Source: Leucoraja ocellata (lineage: Eukaryota). From it: a DNA stretch of 64,000 bases. This document shows positions 63,700 to 64,000 of the stretch, piece by piece. Where the stretch lies: NCBI GenBank assembly GCA_036785375.1, contig JAWMAR010000021.1, forward strand, positions 3,100,001-3,164,000, read 5' to 3'. How positions within the stretch are numbered: position 1 is the first letter of the stretch; each line of letters opens with the position of its first letter. The notes below the pieces were generated by a model that was not told where the DNA came from, ran no database searches, and saw nothing but the letters and a program-made list of their open reading frames with translations. Both the position numbers and the translations under genes were made by a program.

Positions 63700-64000
63700 G
63701 TACCCTTTCCCACCCACCCCTCTCCAATCACCACTTAACACCCAATTACCCACACGCTCCGTGCTGAACAACATCACTTCTCCATCAACAATAAAAATGG
63801 AGGAGGTGGAGAGGCTTTTCAGAAGACAGAAATGCCGGAAATCTCCAGGACCGGACAATGTTTCCCCCTCTACTCTCAAGCTCTGTGCCGAACAACTGGC
63901 TACACAGACATTTTTAACCAGTCCCTGCCTACTTCAAAGTCTCCACTATTGTCCCTGTACCCAAAAAGGCAAGGATCTTAATGACTACAGAACTGTCGCA
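63700..64000 (+). mobile_element. Rex1/Babar RT fragment running off the window end
   Basis: RKSPGPDNVSPSTLKLCAEQL, FKVSTIVPVPKK and LNDYR motifs. Confidence 0.85.

Overview
This is eukaryotic, AT-rich vertebrate DNA. The repeat content points to a cartilaginous fish, probably a skate or ray (inference). It includes HE1-like tRNA SINEs sharing a 3' end with CR1 LINEs, plus Penelope, Rex1/Babar, L1, L2 and Deu-domain SINEs. The whole window appears to lie inside one minus-strand host gene, MICU2 (mitochondrial calcium uptake 2), which the ORF track misses. I find a 157-nt coding exon (56561-56717, ...RKQRFKQFASMEYEGELYMTPRDFMFSV...) and a 32-nt exon (3237-3268, GKLNTKKLTKQ), separated by a ~53-kb intron. 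Nearly all recognisable ORFs in the track are decayed transposon fragments. There is no prokaryotic, CRISPR, rRNA or true tRNA content. The most interesting observations are these. (1) A ~130-bp Penelope-terminus-derived unit carries a minimal hammerhead ribozyme core; it occurs as many solo insertions with TSDs, as inverted pairs and as a 5x45-bp tandem array. (2) There are frame-preserving microexon candidates (21 nt and 6 nt) in the long intron, and the downstream exon starts AG|GTAAGC, a recursive-splice-site configuration. (3) A 2.4-kb non-autonomous TIR transposon has one left end, five co-oriented right ends and captured host DNA. (4) There is a candidate in-frame alternative last exon. 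Repeat boundaries were read by eye and are approximate unless a TSD is quoted.
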